Made by a program: the position numbers and the translations under genes. From Octopus vulgaris (Eukaryota), in the NCBI GenBank assembly GCA_951406725.2, contig OX597829.1:56110001-56174000 (forward strand): DNA of 64,000 nucleotides. Direction: 5' to 3'. The notes beneath the pieces were generated by a model. The model worked only from the letters and a program-made list of their open reading frames with translations. It did no database searches and was not told where the DNA came from. Shown piece by piece: positions 27,235 through 43,242 of this stretch (its first letter is position 1; the number at the start of each line of letters is the position of its first letter).

Positions 27235-28979
27235 CATGACAAAACTACACTGTCTTTTGTCTTTATGGGCATATTTGTGTATGTTGCTACTAACTCCAAA
27301 ATAACTACCGTCTGGAAAACGAGGGACACACTGTATAATCTCGTCCTAGAACGGTGATATTGGAATGTCTTTGATCATAAATCTCATTCAGGGCTGACTT
27401 GTGGCTAAACAACAAAATAACAACGATGCTATTATGTTCTTTTTTGTGGATCTAGCGAAAGTTCTATGCAACCGCTTCATCAGTTCCCGCTAATCACGCT
27501 TAATCAATTTCCAAAAGGAAAGGATATACAACATAACCCCCAAAGGCGAGACGAGATAGTCACGGATGGAATGTCTTTGATTATAGGTATGTTAGATTAA
27601 AATTGGTGTGAGCTACACAGCAACTATAAAACAACTATTGCACTATATGAATTTAACCATATTGTTATTCCAACTAACTTGACTTTGTGTTGTTGATTTG
27701 TCGTAATCTCCCTGCCTTTATTTCAGGCATAGTCTGCCTGGAATTATATTGTCCAATCTGTACTTTTTCTTTTAAAACAGTAGGATCTGCTCTATTTCTA
27801 GTAGGCCCAGTCATTACGCAGAGAATCTGTCTTTATATAAATAGTATTATGTTCATTGTTAATTGAAAACAATCCGCTTAACTTATCCACCTTTTAATGA
27901 CAGCTTCAAACGCCTATTGCACACACACACCAAATTTTTTTAGAACTTTGTAGTTTTCATAAATAAGTGATGTTTGACTCTTTGAACATCGTCATCACTT
28001 CTTGTCAAACTTTTGGAGTAATTGGCATGATGGTTTGAAAGAAACTTATAGAAGATTTGGGGGGGGTTATCATTTTCTTGCGTAATGACATCTGGAACAG
28101 TGAATCAAGCATTGCAAGTCTAACTTCAAACAAAAGTATTTAATTTTCGATTAAATCTGTAAGAATCTGTAATAGATCTGTAAGTTCGTAGTTAATCTAC
28201 ATAATCGAAAAGATAAATCATACAATACCTATTTTGTTCTATGATTTAGAATTATTATAATTATGATTGGAAATTTGATTAGGATGATACAAAAAATATC
28301 ACATTTTAAATTACTAAATATTCGATATAACTTATTATTAAGATAACTTTCAGTTTATTAAAGTCGTTTTCAGAGAGAAAATTTTTTTATTATCACTTTG
28401 ATTTCCGATCATCATTAGGTATCTTATATATGTGTCACGGGCCTAAACAGACACTTCCGATTTCGCACAAGGCCAACAATTTCAGGAGTAGGATTAGGTC
28501 CATTACGACGACCCCAGTGTTCAACTGATACTTATTTTATCAATCCCGAAAGGATGAAAAGCAAAATCGACATCGGTGGAATTTGAACTCTGAACGACTA
28601 AATGCCGATAAGCATTTTGTCTGGCGCGCTAACGATTTTGCTAAAATCTCCGCCTTTTAACAGAAAAGAAAATATTGTCGTTGGTAACTTTTATTCTCTC
28701 TCTTCTTACTTTCTTTCCTACCTCTTTCTCTCTCTCTTTCTCTCTCTCCCTCTCTCTATCTCTCTTCTGAAATCATCTTAAGGTTGTTAATTATTTAAAA
28801 TTACTTAAATATTCAGTAAGAACCATTTCTACCAGAAATATCATTTTTCTTGGTTTACAGTTTAATATCTATTATTTCGAATCAAAATTAGAAAACTTTA
28901 TTGATAATGGGAAAGAAAATTTTTGATTAGTTTGTGTGTACATCATAATGTTTACATATACCAAACACCGACTTCCCAA

Positions 28980-29022
<43 letters not shown>

Positions 29023-29336
29023 AGATAAGAAAATGGAGAAATACATCTAAATCAAATATCAATATTTGATTTAGATGTATTTCTCCATTTTCTTATCTTG
29101 TATTAGTAATTTGTGGTAAATCATTTTACCATTGCCCATATAATACAGTAAATGAATTGATTACATCGCAATCCTTAACATTTATGTATTAACTTTGTTG
29201 GGTACTTCACTAGCAGTATATTGGATATATGTTATCCCATGGAGGGTTGCATTTACAACCCCTATCTCAATTTGTATATATATATATACATGTTCCACGT
29301 CCTCGCGTTGTGTTTTCTTTATTTTCATGTTTGGAT

Positions 29337-29378
<42 letters not shown>

Positions 29379-29431
29379 TATGTTTATGTTTTCCAATTTC
29401 AGCTCTTGAGCTGTGGCCATGCTGGGGCACC

Positions 29432-29525
<94 letters not shown>

Positions 29526-29555
29526 TGTATGTATGTATGTATGTATGTATGTATG

Positions 29556-30743
29556 CAGGAGTTGGACGAAATAGTGGATATACCTTAAAATTTCAAACAA
29601 ACTTATTTTAATATGGGGTAGGACCACCTTTGGCAGTAATAACAGCTTGAATTCTGCGAAGTATGGACTCGTATGAAGTTTGAATTGTTTCCAAAGGAAT
29701 TTTTGTCCATTCTTCAGCTAAAACAATCTCCAGTCCTTGTAGTGATGAGGGTGGAGGATATCGATCCCTTACTTGTTTTTCTAAAATGCACCATAAATGT
29801 TCAATAATATTGAGGTCTGGGGACTGTGGTGGTCAGATAAGGTGTTCAACTTCACTAGAATGTTCCTCGTGCAACTCAGTAACAACTTCAGCTGTGTGAA
29901 TTGGTGCCTTATATTCCTGAAAGATTGTGTTTCCCTCCGGAAACAGTTCTGCAAACATAGGATGAATTTGATCAGATAAAATGCTTAAATGCTCTTGACT
30001 ATTAATTATACTATGCAGGGAAACCATTGGGCCGGCGGATTTCCAAGATATAACCCCCCCCCCAGTTCATCACAGATCCTTCTCCATGTTTAACATTTAG
30101 AAAAAGGCAGTCTGGATCAAATGCTTCTTTTGTCTGTCTCCACACATACTCGGCCGGTGGTCGGAAATAAGGTAAAGGATGACTCGTCCGAGAAAATAAC
30201 ATTCTTCCACTGCTCTAGGGACCAATTCTGTAGGTTTTTACTCCACTCTAAACGCTTTGTAACGTTTGTTTTTGAAGGTAGTAGGTTTCTGATTGCAGCC
30301 TTCCCATGAAATCCAGCTTTTGTGATCCTTTCTTACAATTCATGTAAGAATCTGATGGTCCCTATCTGAAAGTTTTGGTTTTCTTCCAGAGTTTTGTTTC
30401 GACGAGGAGGTTTTTCCTCCTCTTAAAAGCTATCATTACTTTCGAGACAGAACTTCTTCCTACACCAAACATTTCGGCTATTTTCGTTACGCTAACGCCC
30501 TGCCATACCAGCACCAACAATTTCACCTCTTTGAAAGTCTGATAGATTTGTCATTTTAATAAATTTTAATTTTCTTCTTCTGGTAGTATCTGAAAAGAAA
30601 CAGCAAATTTAGCAAAACCTATTAAGCAACGCAAATAATAAATCAAAAAACATAAAAATAAAGAAGCTTTTGACAGTTTTATGGATATTTCAAAATTATG
30701 ATGCTATGATGCTAGGGGTTTCCCTTATTTTGTCCAACCCCTG
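29556..30743 (-). mobile_element. Second Tc1/mariner copy of the same family, inverted, with a different internal deletion
   Basis: Reverse complement of 19013-20048. It retains VWR..KEAFDPDCL..VKHG.GSVM.WG. The TIR ends in cccctg|ta. Confidence 0.9.
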
Positions 30744-30849
30744 TATATACATATATATATATATATACGTATAGTTTCTGTTAGTGTCAACAACTTATCC
30801 CTTATTGACAAAAATATATATACAGATGTGTTCGTGCGTATATATGCAC

Positions 30850-31195
30850 ACCTGGCACTCTGTCGCTTACGGCGATGACTGTTCTAGTTGACCCGATCAA
30901 TCAACGGAACAGTCTGCTCGCGAAATTATTGTTCAAGTGACTGAGCACTCCGCAGACACGTGTACCCCTAACGTAGTGTTCAGGGAGTTTCAGCGTGACA
31001 CAGACTGTGACAAGGCTGACCCTTTGGAGAACAGGTACAATTCATCTTTGCCAGCTGAGTGAACTGAAGCAACGTGGAATAAAATGTCACAAAAATGTTA
31101 TACAAGGACACAACACGCCGCAGGGAATAGAACTCACGACTTTACGATCGTGAACCGAATACCCTCGAATACCCTAACCACTAAGCCACGAGCAT
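30850..31195 (-). mobile_element. tRNA-derived SINE family C; copies also at about 36600-36900 (-), 10578-10688 (partial) and 41720-41840 (+, partial)
   Basis: Shared gatcaacggaacag..tgctc..gaaatt...gccagctgagtg.actg.agc...aaggacacaa...gaactcacga...accact.agccacg. Confidence 0.75.
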
Positions 31196-31221
31196 CATAT
31201 ATATATGTGTGTGTGTGTGTC

Positions 31222-31303
<82 letters not shown>

Positions 31304-31323
31304 TATACATATATATACATATA

Positions 31324-31367
<44 letters not shown>

Positions 31368-31499
31368 TATATACATATATACATATAATATTACATTATT
31401 TATACAATATAATATATATATATACACATATATATATATACCTATATATTATATATTACATTATTTATATAATATTATATATATATACACACACACACA

Positions 31500-31544
<45 letters not shown>

Positions 31545-31885
31545 TATATACATATGTATATATACATATATATATGTATATATATGTATATATATGTATA
31601 AAATATAATGTATGTAGCTGTAGATGTATTAGATGTATGGATCTGCGAGTCTACGATCCGATAATCTTGTTAAATCACTATTATGGAAGATCTTGATGCT
31701 GGATATAGATTATTTGTAAAATGGATTTCTTTCTTGGTGTTCTTACAACATGGCCACCAGTGTTTAGGCAAAGGAAATGTTCGCGAAGCGTCATATGAGC
31801 GTTTATGCTTGAAAAGATGTGAGGTTGTGTCGGCTTATATTGGCAAGCTCATTTCCATCTTTGTTCTTTCATTCCAACACCTCCC

Positions 31886-32033
<148 letters not shown>

Positions 32034-33339
32034 TTCTGCTGTTGTTGTTATTGACGTTACTGCTGCTGCAGATTTAGAGCTCACTGTAAACTTGAATTGT
32101 CCTGGAGTCAACAAGGACGTCTTTAACCGGTAACTCCACCCGTAAATCATTTCCTCCGAAGTTCTAACTCTCCTTCCAATTCGAATAAAAAAAAAATTAC
32201 CTCTGATTAGTCCTAAATTCACTCATTTGTGATGAGGAAAGTGGTGGGGGTAGATTCGATTTTAGTCCCTTTCAGAACTTTACTGTATTCACCGCATTTC
32301 GAATAATGTTTGACATTGGTTATAGGGCCACACAAATGCAGGTGAAAAGAGGAATCATACATAACTAGTATTTATTCTTTCAATTTCTGGTGGATGAGTA
32401 AGACAAAATTGGTAATGAAACAGGGATGGAATTAAGTAATGTTTCCAATTATACCATTCTAACTCAAAACTATTAAACGGGTATTATAAGTGAATGAATG
32501 TGATACCACCTTAGAGTCAAATTCAGTCCTTAGTCCCGCCCAGACAGTGGTCATCGATCTTCACGTTTTAACTTTGCTTCTATAACATGTAATCGTTATA
32601 TATCATAGTTGTATTTTATTTAAACCTAATTATCGATTTAGCTTCATTATGTTCGCCTAGCAGATGTACAAATTGTGTATTAATTACTGAGATTTCTCTG
32701 CATTGTTCAATATCATCCGATTACTGTCTACCTATTGAACCTTGACATAAAAAAGTCTGTCTACCGATCTACATATTTATGCACGCCTGTATCTATCAAT
32801 TTCTCTCTCTGTCTATCTCCCTCTTACTCTACATATACATACATAAATACGTGTGTGTGTGTGTGTGTGTGTGCTGTGCGCGCGCGTGTGTGTGTGTGGA
32901 AGAGGGTAATTGTGATAATTTTAGGACAGATCCCTTTAGATGACAAGAACCGACTGAAAATATTACGGAGAGATTATAATAATTTGAACGTGTTTGGAAC
33001 TCACTAAAAGTGGTTTCTGATATAAACAAAAAGGTCAGCAAGTTTTTGGAGAGGCGGTAAGTCGATTACATCAACTCCAAAGCTCAACTGGTACTAATTT
33101 TGTCGACCCCGAATGAATGGAAGGCAAAGTTGTCCTCGGCGATATTTGAACTCACAACACAAAGGCGGAAGCAGTGCCCCAAAGCATTTGTCCAGCGTGC
33201 TAACGATTCTGCCAGCTCGCCGTTTTATGGGGACCCACTGATACCGACAGCAATAATTGTTTGATAATATTATCCATGATTGTAATAAGCGGCTTCCACA
33301 ATATATTTATATATATATATGCACACACAATATACATCT

Positions 33340-33384
<45 letters not shown>

Positions 33385-34349
33385 TAAGTCACAATATATG
33401 GATTCAAATAATCCTCTGGTACTCATTAGAAAGCTCCTAATTGTATCATTATACAAAGCATAGAATATAGAGTACGACACAAGAGAAAAAGATAAGGAGT
33501 GTATACAGTTATGACGAGAGAAATAGTATGATGAAATTATCTAACTATAAACAATTCAAATATCTTAACAAATTGTTTCGTAACTTAAAACATGTAAAGG
33601 TAATGTATTTTAATATAATTAATAATAAATAAATTACAGGTCTTCATTAATGCAAAAAATCGTTTAAAACAATGCAGAAACTCAGCTGCACACTCAGGTG
33701 AAAGAAAAATCTTTGTTAAATACTAAAGTCTTGGCGTAACTTTTCAAAAATGCAAAATCAATATTTGAATAGAAAGTTAAAAGTTATGGAAGACATTAAT
33801 GATAAAATTAGTATGGAATAATATGACTAATGTAAGTAATTTGTTTATTATTAAATATCATAAAATAAACTATCTTTACATGCTTTAAGTTACGGAACAA
33901 TTTGTTGTGATATTGAATTTACTTACAGTTAAATAAATTTCATTAAACTATTTCTCTCGTCATTTATAGCTTTATATATATAAACACACATGAATACGTG
34001 CAAACAAGCATGCATACATACATAAAACTTTCTTATATACATGCATACATACATACATACATACATACATACATACACATACACGCTTACATTCATACAC
34101 ACACATACATGCATACATACAGATAGACAGGCAGACAGACAGACAGATAGAGATGTATTTAGTTAGCAATTCTTCTTTGCACATGTATATTTGGAAAAAA
34201 TAAATGTGTCGTGTTGACTAATTTAACGCTGATTTTTCCGAAAGTTTGTCTTTTCCTGTCGCTCTGGGCCAACCAAAGCCTTGTGAGTTGATATGGTGAA
34301 CGGAAACTTAAAAAAAAAACGTAGTATATGTGTGTGTTTGCGTGCGTGC

Positions 34350-34398
<49 letters not shown>

Positions 34399-36377
34399 TG
34401 CATGTGTGTGTGTGTGTGTGTGTGTGTGTCTGAGTTTATATTTGCTCACCAGAACAGCTTGACAACCGTTGTCAATTTGTTCACCGATTGTTTAAGTACG
34501 AGGCTCAAAGAATAAGAACTGAGGTCGATTTCACTGACCAAACAGCATGGCCGTAGTCCAATAAGTAATACAATAAGTAAAACAAGTAAAATATAATGTA
34601 CGTTCACCGATATTTCAATTCTTCTCCTCATTGGAAGGTGAAAAAAATTATTTGATTTCACACTTTATATACAGGGAGATCGAAACATACAGATGTAAAT
34701 ATTGGTTTCAAATTTTGGCACAAGGCCAGCAAGCTTGAGGGTAACTCGGTTACATCGACCCCAGTGCTCAACTGCGAAAGCATGAAAACGGTAAAGTCGA
34801 ACAGGGTGGAATTTAAGCTCAGAACGTAAAGAATGTTTCTGCCAGCTCACAGCGTTTATGGTGTGTAAGTCACATTGAAGACAATATTCACGTCCGTGGA
34901 CGTTTTTTAACTCCTTATCAACCCTTTCCGAGTAGGCCTATGACCAAAAGCATTCCAGCCATGATCCTAACATCTTCGCTTTCTTCAAGCATATTATATC
35001 TAGGACTACAGTCATCCAGTGAGATCGTCCCATCTTTTAATTTCGGGGCATTTTTTTACTGGTATTTCTAACAAATAAACAACCATATGGAGCCATTTTG
35101 TTGGCTCACTTCGGTTGTTTGTAATTTTGAATTTATTTTATCAGTTTCTTTTCAGTTACTTTTTGGTGTGAGTATAATCTTATGCAGGATGGTGGTGTTA
35201 TCATTAACTATATTTTATGATGTCTGCATTTGCATATTCCGACCACCACCAGTAGAATCCTACTTGCTCACTTATATTGATAATTATCAATAAGTAAGTT
35301 TATGTTAAATTTAGACACCAAAGTTTTCTTTAGTGTACACTACATTTGGAGGTTTATTTCTGGTATACTAGCCTCACATGAATTTATAGACTACGTTTAA
35401 GATATACCAATAAAGTTGTGAAATTACAAAAATACAACAAAAAATTTGCCGATAAAGATCTACGTAGAAGCACAAGGCTTCCGGTTGTGGAAGGGACGCA
35501 AACATAACTACGGCAGGTAGGGACAAACTTACTCTCTTCAGCTCCTTGCAAATATAATTATTATGTAATATAGCTAATGGCGGATCTATTTCAATAAATG
35601 ACGACCCCATCGGGGAAATTCCATTTGGTTATAAGCAAGTGTTTCTCTGATATTTATTTCTACGATCCCAGAAGGATGTGAATGGTTAATAAGATAAAGT
35701 AGCTATCTAGTAGTGAAGTTGATATATTGAACTCAATCAAAATAGAAGCTTTGTTCCAATATTAGGAATCAATAATAGACGTGACGTGCATGCATGAGAG
35801 TATGCTGGCCTTTGTGTATGCCTAAGGAAGATTTTGTTACAAACCATACGGCAAAAAATTAATTTATTATATATAAAAAAAAGTTTATGTCCAGCTTTAT
35901 TTTAAGAAGGCAAATTTAGTTAAAATATGCATATTATTTTAAATCCAGACTAGAAACAATTAATTATATAGAATTTAATATATGGTAATAATTAGTTCAT
36001 ATTCCCTATGGTGAGTTGCTAAATGTCCCTTATACACTAATTGCCAATTCTACTCCATTAGACGATGTGTTCTGAATATTAACTGATATATAAACAGCTT
36101 AAATTAAAAGAGAAGGCGTGGTTCTGACTGCATCAAAGCCGACGAGAGACGAAAATTGGTCAAAGCCACAATCATTTATGTCTTAGATAAATAGGTTTTC
36201 TGCACAAGTCATAAACCTCAAATTCGCGTAATGTAATACAGGAAATGATTTCCTGTATGGAATTAATTCATAGGCTTTGTAGTGTGTTACATAATTTTTA
36301 TTGTAGTGTGTTACATAATTAATATTAGCTGCCATATCAAAGCCAACACTGACACACACATATAAACATAAACTTAG

Positions 36378-36408
<31 letters not shown>

Positions 36409-39400
36409 TATACAATTTAATATTTCGCCAGTTTATTAGTATGATAGGTTCAAAAGAGCGAACATTTTCGAGGAAAATGCATATGCTTGTGTGTGCGCGT
36501 GTGTGTGTGTGTGTGTGCTTACAAGTGTGTGTATGTGTGTGTGTGTGTGTGCTTACAGGTGTGTGCACGTATAGATCAGTGTGTGTACATATATAAAAGG
36601 TTACGATGACGAGGGCCCCAGCTGACACGATCAACGGAACAGCTTGCTCTGGAAATTAACGTGTAAGTGGCTGAGTACTTCTGAGACACACATAACCCTT
36701 CACATACTTCTCAGGGAGATTCGGCATGACACTGAGTGTGACAAGGCTAGACCCTTTTGAATTACCGGTACAATTCATTTTTGCCAGCTGAGTGGACTGG
36801 AGTAGCAATGTGAAATAAAGTGTCTTGCTCAAGTATACAACGTCGCCTGGAATTGAACTCACGAATATAATACCTTAGCCACTGAACCACGCGCCTTCAC
36901 ATGCATACATACGTCTATGCACACATGAGTAAACAAAAATAAACATTTGATCCTCTATTTTTTCTCGTCACCCAGTTTCTATTGAAGTTTCTTAAACTTA
37001 TTGGTTTACTTCTGTGCATGTGTGTGTATGTGTCTGTGTAAGAGAGAGTACGTGTCTGTCTCTGTATGTGTTTGCGTATAGGGGTTGGTATGTGGGTGCA
37101 TTTCAGTTTTCACGAATTCAGTCTTCGTTAAAATTTATGGATTCAACGATATTTTCGGTTAATTTTGTTTAAATATTATATATAAATATTTTATCAAAAT
37201 ATTTTTTTCAGTTAAGTGGAACAGAGTACGCGACACGTGCATGTGTTTATATTATAATGTCATATATATACCTACATATACACGTGGTACGAACCTTGCT
37301 TCCCAATCACATGGTTCCAGGTTCAGACACACAGCGTGGCACCCTGTGCCAGTGGGATATTTTCTGTTCGGCGGCCAATTTTCAATCTCTTCAATTTCTG
37401 CTCGAATTAATTTCATATTCGGTGTAATGATATGGTTTTACATGCTAATCACTGCTTTGAAATTCATTTTCGCAACAAATCAAATAAAAAGTTATCAGCT
37501 TTTAAAGTTAAAAAATTTGGTGTTATGTTAGCCAACAGTAAGCCGCCGATACATTCGTGCCTGTTTCCATAGTAACAAAGCAAACATGAGGACTCTTTTG
37601 TCTGCCAGATAGCACGTATTGACAAATATATTCTAAGCAAAAGCATGTGCATCGATGCTGTGCTTTGCTGCTTGTGTTCATTCTTGTGCCTGTATTCTGG
37701 CCGAGAGATGTGCTAAAACTCACAGCCAAATAGGTCTTAAATCACGCACACCTAATTTTTTTTTCTGGTTTTTGCATAATTACTTGAATTCCAGAGTGTA
37801 CGATACAAATTTGCAAAATTTTTCTGAAATTCCAAAAAAAAAAAAAAAAGATATAATGGGTTTTTATGTCATGCGTAAAGCAGTTTGATCTATTTACAGT
37901 TTCATATCAAAACACGTCACGCACAAAATGACAGCTTCCAAATCCTGTTTCTTGATTGGGTGAAAATTATCAAACTTTAAACCGCTATAACATATTTTTT
38001 TAAAATACTGGTAAAAGTGAAATATCTCCTGAGATTCAGTTTGGAAAACTACATTGATACACCAAATTTTAAAATTATATATTGACGTGCGTATGTGTGT
38101 GTGTGGGGGGTGTTTGTGTGTGGTGTGTTTGTGTGTGTGTGTAGATCCATGAGTGGAAGTCACTACACAGTCGTTGAAATGGAGAAATTTTCTCACATCA
38201 CATCCGTCTTTACAAAAAGGACACTGACCAGTATAATCTTACTTGATAGTCACGGATGGAATGTCTTTGATAATAGGTAGGTCTTTTCTATCAATGCTGA
38301 CTTGAGGGTAAGCAACAACTACAACAAATACGTTGCTAGCATTATTTTCCTCTTTGTTTAATCTGTGTTAATCCATGTTAATCTTATGATCTCTTTAATT
38401 CATTAACGGCAGGTATTTCTGTTGTATATACATTCGTTAGCCAGAAATAAGAATTAGATCAACTACCCACATGAAGCAATTGTAGGCAATATATTTTCCT
38501 CACACTACTTTTCGACAAGGCATTGATTTCAGTAACGTCCTATAAATAATTTAGTGCGATTTATCATTTTGTAAACTGCCTCTTGATTTATTAAAGTTTT
38601 TTCTATATGCTGTTGTGAGAATAAAGTGAATAATTTGACGACACAATAACGTTTATAACTTTCGTTTCTCGACCACCAACATTTTGTGAAACTAGTAATA
38701 GTTTATTCGAAGTAATTTACTATATGTTTTTCTACTCAACATACTGTGTACTGTGTGTGTGTGTGTGTATGTCTGTGTGTGTCTGTGTGTGTCTCTGTGT
38801 GTCTGTGTGTCTGTGTGTCTGTGTGTGTGTGTGTGTGTCTGTGTGTGTATGTGTCTGTGTGAGTGTGTACGTGTGTTTGTGTGTATCAAATGCTACAATA
38901 ACATGAACTAGAATATATATGGAGTCCTAAATACCAGTCAATTGTGCTGCAATTTAAGGTTTAAATCGCATGTCTGTGTGTGTGTGTGTGTGTATCTGTG
39001 TCTGTGTGTGCGCGCACGTGAAGAAGCGTGGCCTACTGATTAGGCTGTTACACTCACGATCGCTTGGGTGAAGGTTCGAATCCCAGGATGGGCGGCGCGT
39101 TGTGTTCTTGAGCTCCAGTTACCCTTTCGATTGGGGTGGTAGGTGGAATGTTGGCCTGCTCGGTTTAATTCAAAGGATAAAACGATGCAAGGCACATTGT
39201 GAGCAGCGATGTGTAAAAACATCTGATAGTCTGGTCGCTCACGTGATATAGATAGACAGACAGACAGACGGACAGATAGACAGACAGACAGACGGACAGA
39301 TAGATAGATAGATAGATACAATTCTATATATATATATGCATACATGTATGTGTGTTTTGTGTGCGTGTGTGTAGGTAGGTACGATCCATGTCTAGGTAAT

Positions 39401-39604
39401 TAGTAAGCTTCGAGGGTATATACAGGAAGTATAGATGACAAAAGGTGAACAAGCGCATGCGTGGCTGTTGGGTAAAGAGCTTGCTTTTCAACCACATGGA
39501 TCCGGGTTCAATCCCACTGAGTGGCACCTTGGGAAGGTGTCTTCTACTATATCCTCGGGTTGACCAAAAGCTTTGTGCGTGGATTTAGTTGACGGAAACC
39601 TGTC

Positions 39605-39655
<51 letters not shown>

Positions 39656-39742
39656 CATAAATCACGTCCGATGTAAACAAACAAGGCATCGTAGATCAAC
39701 TAGAAAATTAAATTTTAATCAACGCGTAGATACTGAACAATG

Positions 39743-39744
<2 letters not shown>

Positions 39745-39776
<32 letters not shown>

Positions 39777-39838
39777 TGTATATATGTATGTATGTATGTA
39801 TGTAAGTATGTATGAATGTATGTATGTATGTAAGTATG

Positions 39839-39869
<31 letters not shown>

Positions 39870-39918
39870 GTATGTATGAATGTATGTATGTATGTAAGTA
39901 TGTATGTATGTATGTATG

Positions 39919-39949
<31 letters not shown>

Positions 39950-39982
39950 GTATGTATGAATGTATGTATGTATGTATGTATG

Positions 39983-40013
<31 letters not shown>

Positions 40014-40026
40014 GTATGTATGAATG

Positions 40027-40057
<31 letters not shown>

Positions 40058-40110
40058 GTATGTATGAATGTATGTATGTATGTATGTATGTATGTATGTA
40101 TGTATGTATG

Positions 40111-40141
<31 letters not shown>

Positions 40142-40322
40142 GTATGTATGAATGTATGTATGTATGTATGTATGTATGTATGTATGTGTGTATGTATGTA
40201 TGTATGTAAGTATGTATGAATGTATGTATGTATGTATGTATGTAAGTATGTATGTATGTATGTATGTATGTATGTATGTATGTATGTATGTATGTATGTA
40301 TATATGTATGTATGTATGTATG
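39745..40322. repeat. (TATG)n microsatellite with recurring taagtatgtatgaa variants
   Basis: Seen directly. Similar tracts occur at 20049-20715, 22408-22690 and 63180-63425. Confidence 0.97.
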
Positions 40323-40600
40323 CGTCTGTGTGAAAAAGAGAGTTCACTAATAGTCGTACGTCATACGCTTCGTCCATATTGAAATCAAAGGAAAATTCGA
40401 TGAGCTGGCGGTCACCATACGGCTCACAGTTTAGCAACTATAATTGTTTAAAATGCAAACAAAAATAATTGATAGACAGACAAACAGACAGACAGACGGA
40501 CAGATAGACAGACAGACAGACAGACAGACAGGTAGGCAGGCAGACGGACAGACAGATAGACAAATATACAGATAGATAGATAGATAGATAGATAGATAAC

Positions 40601-40643
<43 letters not shown>

Positions 40644-41224
40644 GCAGGCAGGTAGAAAGGTAGGCAGGCACACGGACAGACAGACAAATAGACAGACAAA
40701 CAGACATACAGACAGAGAGTAAGCATGTTTTGTTTTCAAAATTTTTAATAACTGAGAATTTTGCCTCTCACAAGACAGAAACATTTCTCATGGCCCGCAG
40801 CGGAGAAAATGAAAAGGCGTTGCCCCTGGAGGATAGCGAGGGAGACGTGCTGGAACAGCCACTCTCACTCACAGAGATCGCACCGGCACATTGCCATCTC
40901 CGCCCCGACAGCAGTTAGCAGGGATATTGCGTTGGCGCACCGGGCGAAATGCTTAGCGGTGTTTCGTCTGCCGTCACGTTCTGAGTTCGAATTCCGCTGA
41001 GGCCGACTTTGCCTTTCATCCTTTCGGGGTCGATAAATTAAGTACCAGTTACGCACTGGGGTCGGTGTAATCGACTTGATCTCTTGGTCCCCTCTATGTT
41101 TAGCCCCTTGTGGGCAATAAAGAAATAAGAAATGTTATTCGCAAACCATTGATAACGGCTCTGACTATGCACACAAACACACCTCATATGAATATTCTCA
41201 GATACGTGCATACATATAACTTTA

Positions 41225-41281
<57 letters not shown>

Positions 41282-43242
41282 ACAGAAACACATTCTCACA
41301 CAAAATATTTTTATCAAAATAGTAATTTCATAAATGGTAGTTCATTATGTTGTGTAAGTGACCAAATCAATCTATATCATTATTTCCGTAAATGTATGTG
41401 TGTGCGTATGTGCGTGCGTGTGTGTGTGTGTGTGTGCTTAGATACGCACACACACACATGCATATTCATACGCATACATATACAGACGATATTCATGCAC
41501 ATGCGTACAACGACTCATGGCTTATCAAGCTATCTCACTCTCATTCCCAAGGGTTAGGATATGCTATACTCTCGTCAAGATCACATATTATGTAAATGGA
41601 AGCAACAAACTACAAGAGATGAATCTGATAAAATCAGATACAACAGAGTACAGAAAACAGAATGTAGGAGTAAAGTAAGCTTACGTTTCAAAGCAAAATG
41701 GCGGTACTATCACTACGTGAAGGTGCGTGGCCTGCTGGTTAGGGTTCGGTTCCTGGACAGAGCAGCGTATTGTGTTCTTGAGTAAAACATTTCATTTCAC
41801 GTTGCACCCCGCCCCGTCCACTCAGCAGTAAATGGGCAATTCTTATTTCTTTACTACTTACAAGGGGCTACACACAGAAGGGACAAACAAGGACAGACAA
41901 AGGGATTAAGTCAATAACATCGACCCCAGTGCGTAACTGGTACTTATTTAATCGACCTCGAAAGGATGAAATGCAAAGTCGACCTCGGCGGAATTTGAAC
42001 TCAGAACATAAAGACAGACGAAATACCGCTAGGCATTTCACCCGGCGTGCTAACGTTTCTTCCAGTTCGCCGCCTTAATAGGCAATTCTGCAATAGAGTA
42101 GCCTTCCGATCAAGGCTGAGGTTAGCCTTGCTACCCAAGCAAGCAGGGTGGCTTTTCAATCGAAAGCTAAAACGATGCGAAGCGCATTGTAACCAGCGAA
42201 GCGCATTGTATGTCTCTTCTATTTTTTACTTATTATAAATCTTCCGCTGAAGAGAGAGCCAGCTTCCAACAAAGGTACAAAGCTCCATCTTTGGGATATA
42301 GTTAACATAGACAAATTCACATTTGGAACTTGAGAAAAGTCTTGCATATTTTTACTGTTCCACTCACAGATTTCTCTTGTTATATACGAATCAGCCGGTC
42401 GATTTCTCTTTCTGAAAATCTCAGTTTATCCAGATTCTCCTTTAAGCATTTACTAAAAAAAGCCCAGTGCTCCAATTATTATTGGTATGAATATGAATTC
42501 ATAGTCTGGATATAGAAGCTGAAGGTTTCGAAGCAGTTGTCTACAGATATTCTCTTCTATGTTTGTATATATGTATAAATGTATATATGTATATGCACAG
42601 ACACGGCTGTGTAATTAAATAGCTCGATTTGAGACCACGTGGATCCAAGTTTTATTCAAATGAGTGGCATATCTGGCATGTGTTTTCTGCTTTGGCCTCG
42701 ACTTGACTAATGCGTAGGGAATGAAACTTAGTAAATGGAAACTGTGCCGTAACCTACCGAATATTTGCCTTCGTGTATACGTGTATGTGTGAGTGTGCTT
42801 TGCTTTTACACTGAAAACCGTGATGTTTATGGTTTATGTTGAGTTCTTTTTATTACCTACAAATTAACAGTCTTGTAAATAAGTCTCACTGAATTAAACA
42901 GCAGACTGCGACATTTTCTAGAGTCGATGTGAATGAAAAAAAAAGGCTTTGAAAGAGGTTCCCAAGTATGATTAACAGTAGTAGTATTTAAAAAAATTTA
43001 ATGTATTTTGAAGAAAAATTGTTTGATACATATATAAATATATGTGCTTCTGTGCATAAATATATATACGTACATGTGTGTACGTATATACATGTATTTC
43101 AGTAAACATTAAAATGCGAACAAGAGGAAGAAAAAAATGCACTTAATGTTAAGGAAGAGTTATTTTATTTCGAGATTAAAGTCACAAATAGTTACTCCGA
43201 ATTCCTGGTTTCTAATTTTTGGATGATTATGTAATATGCTAC

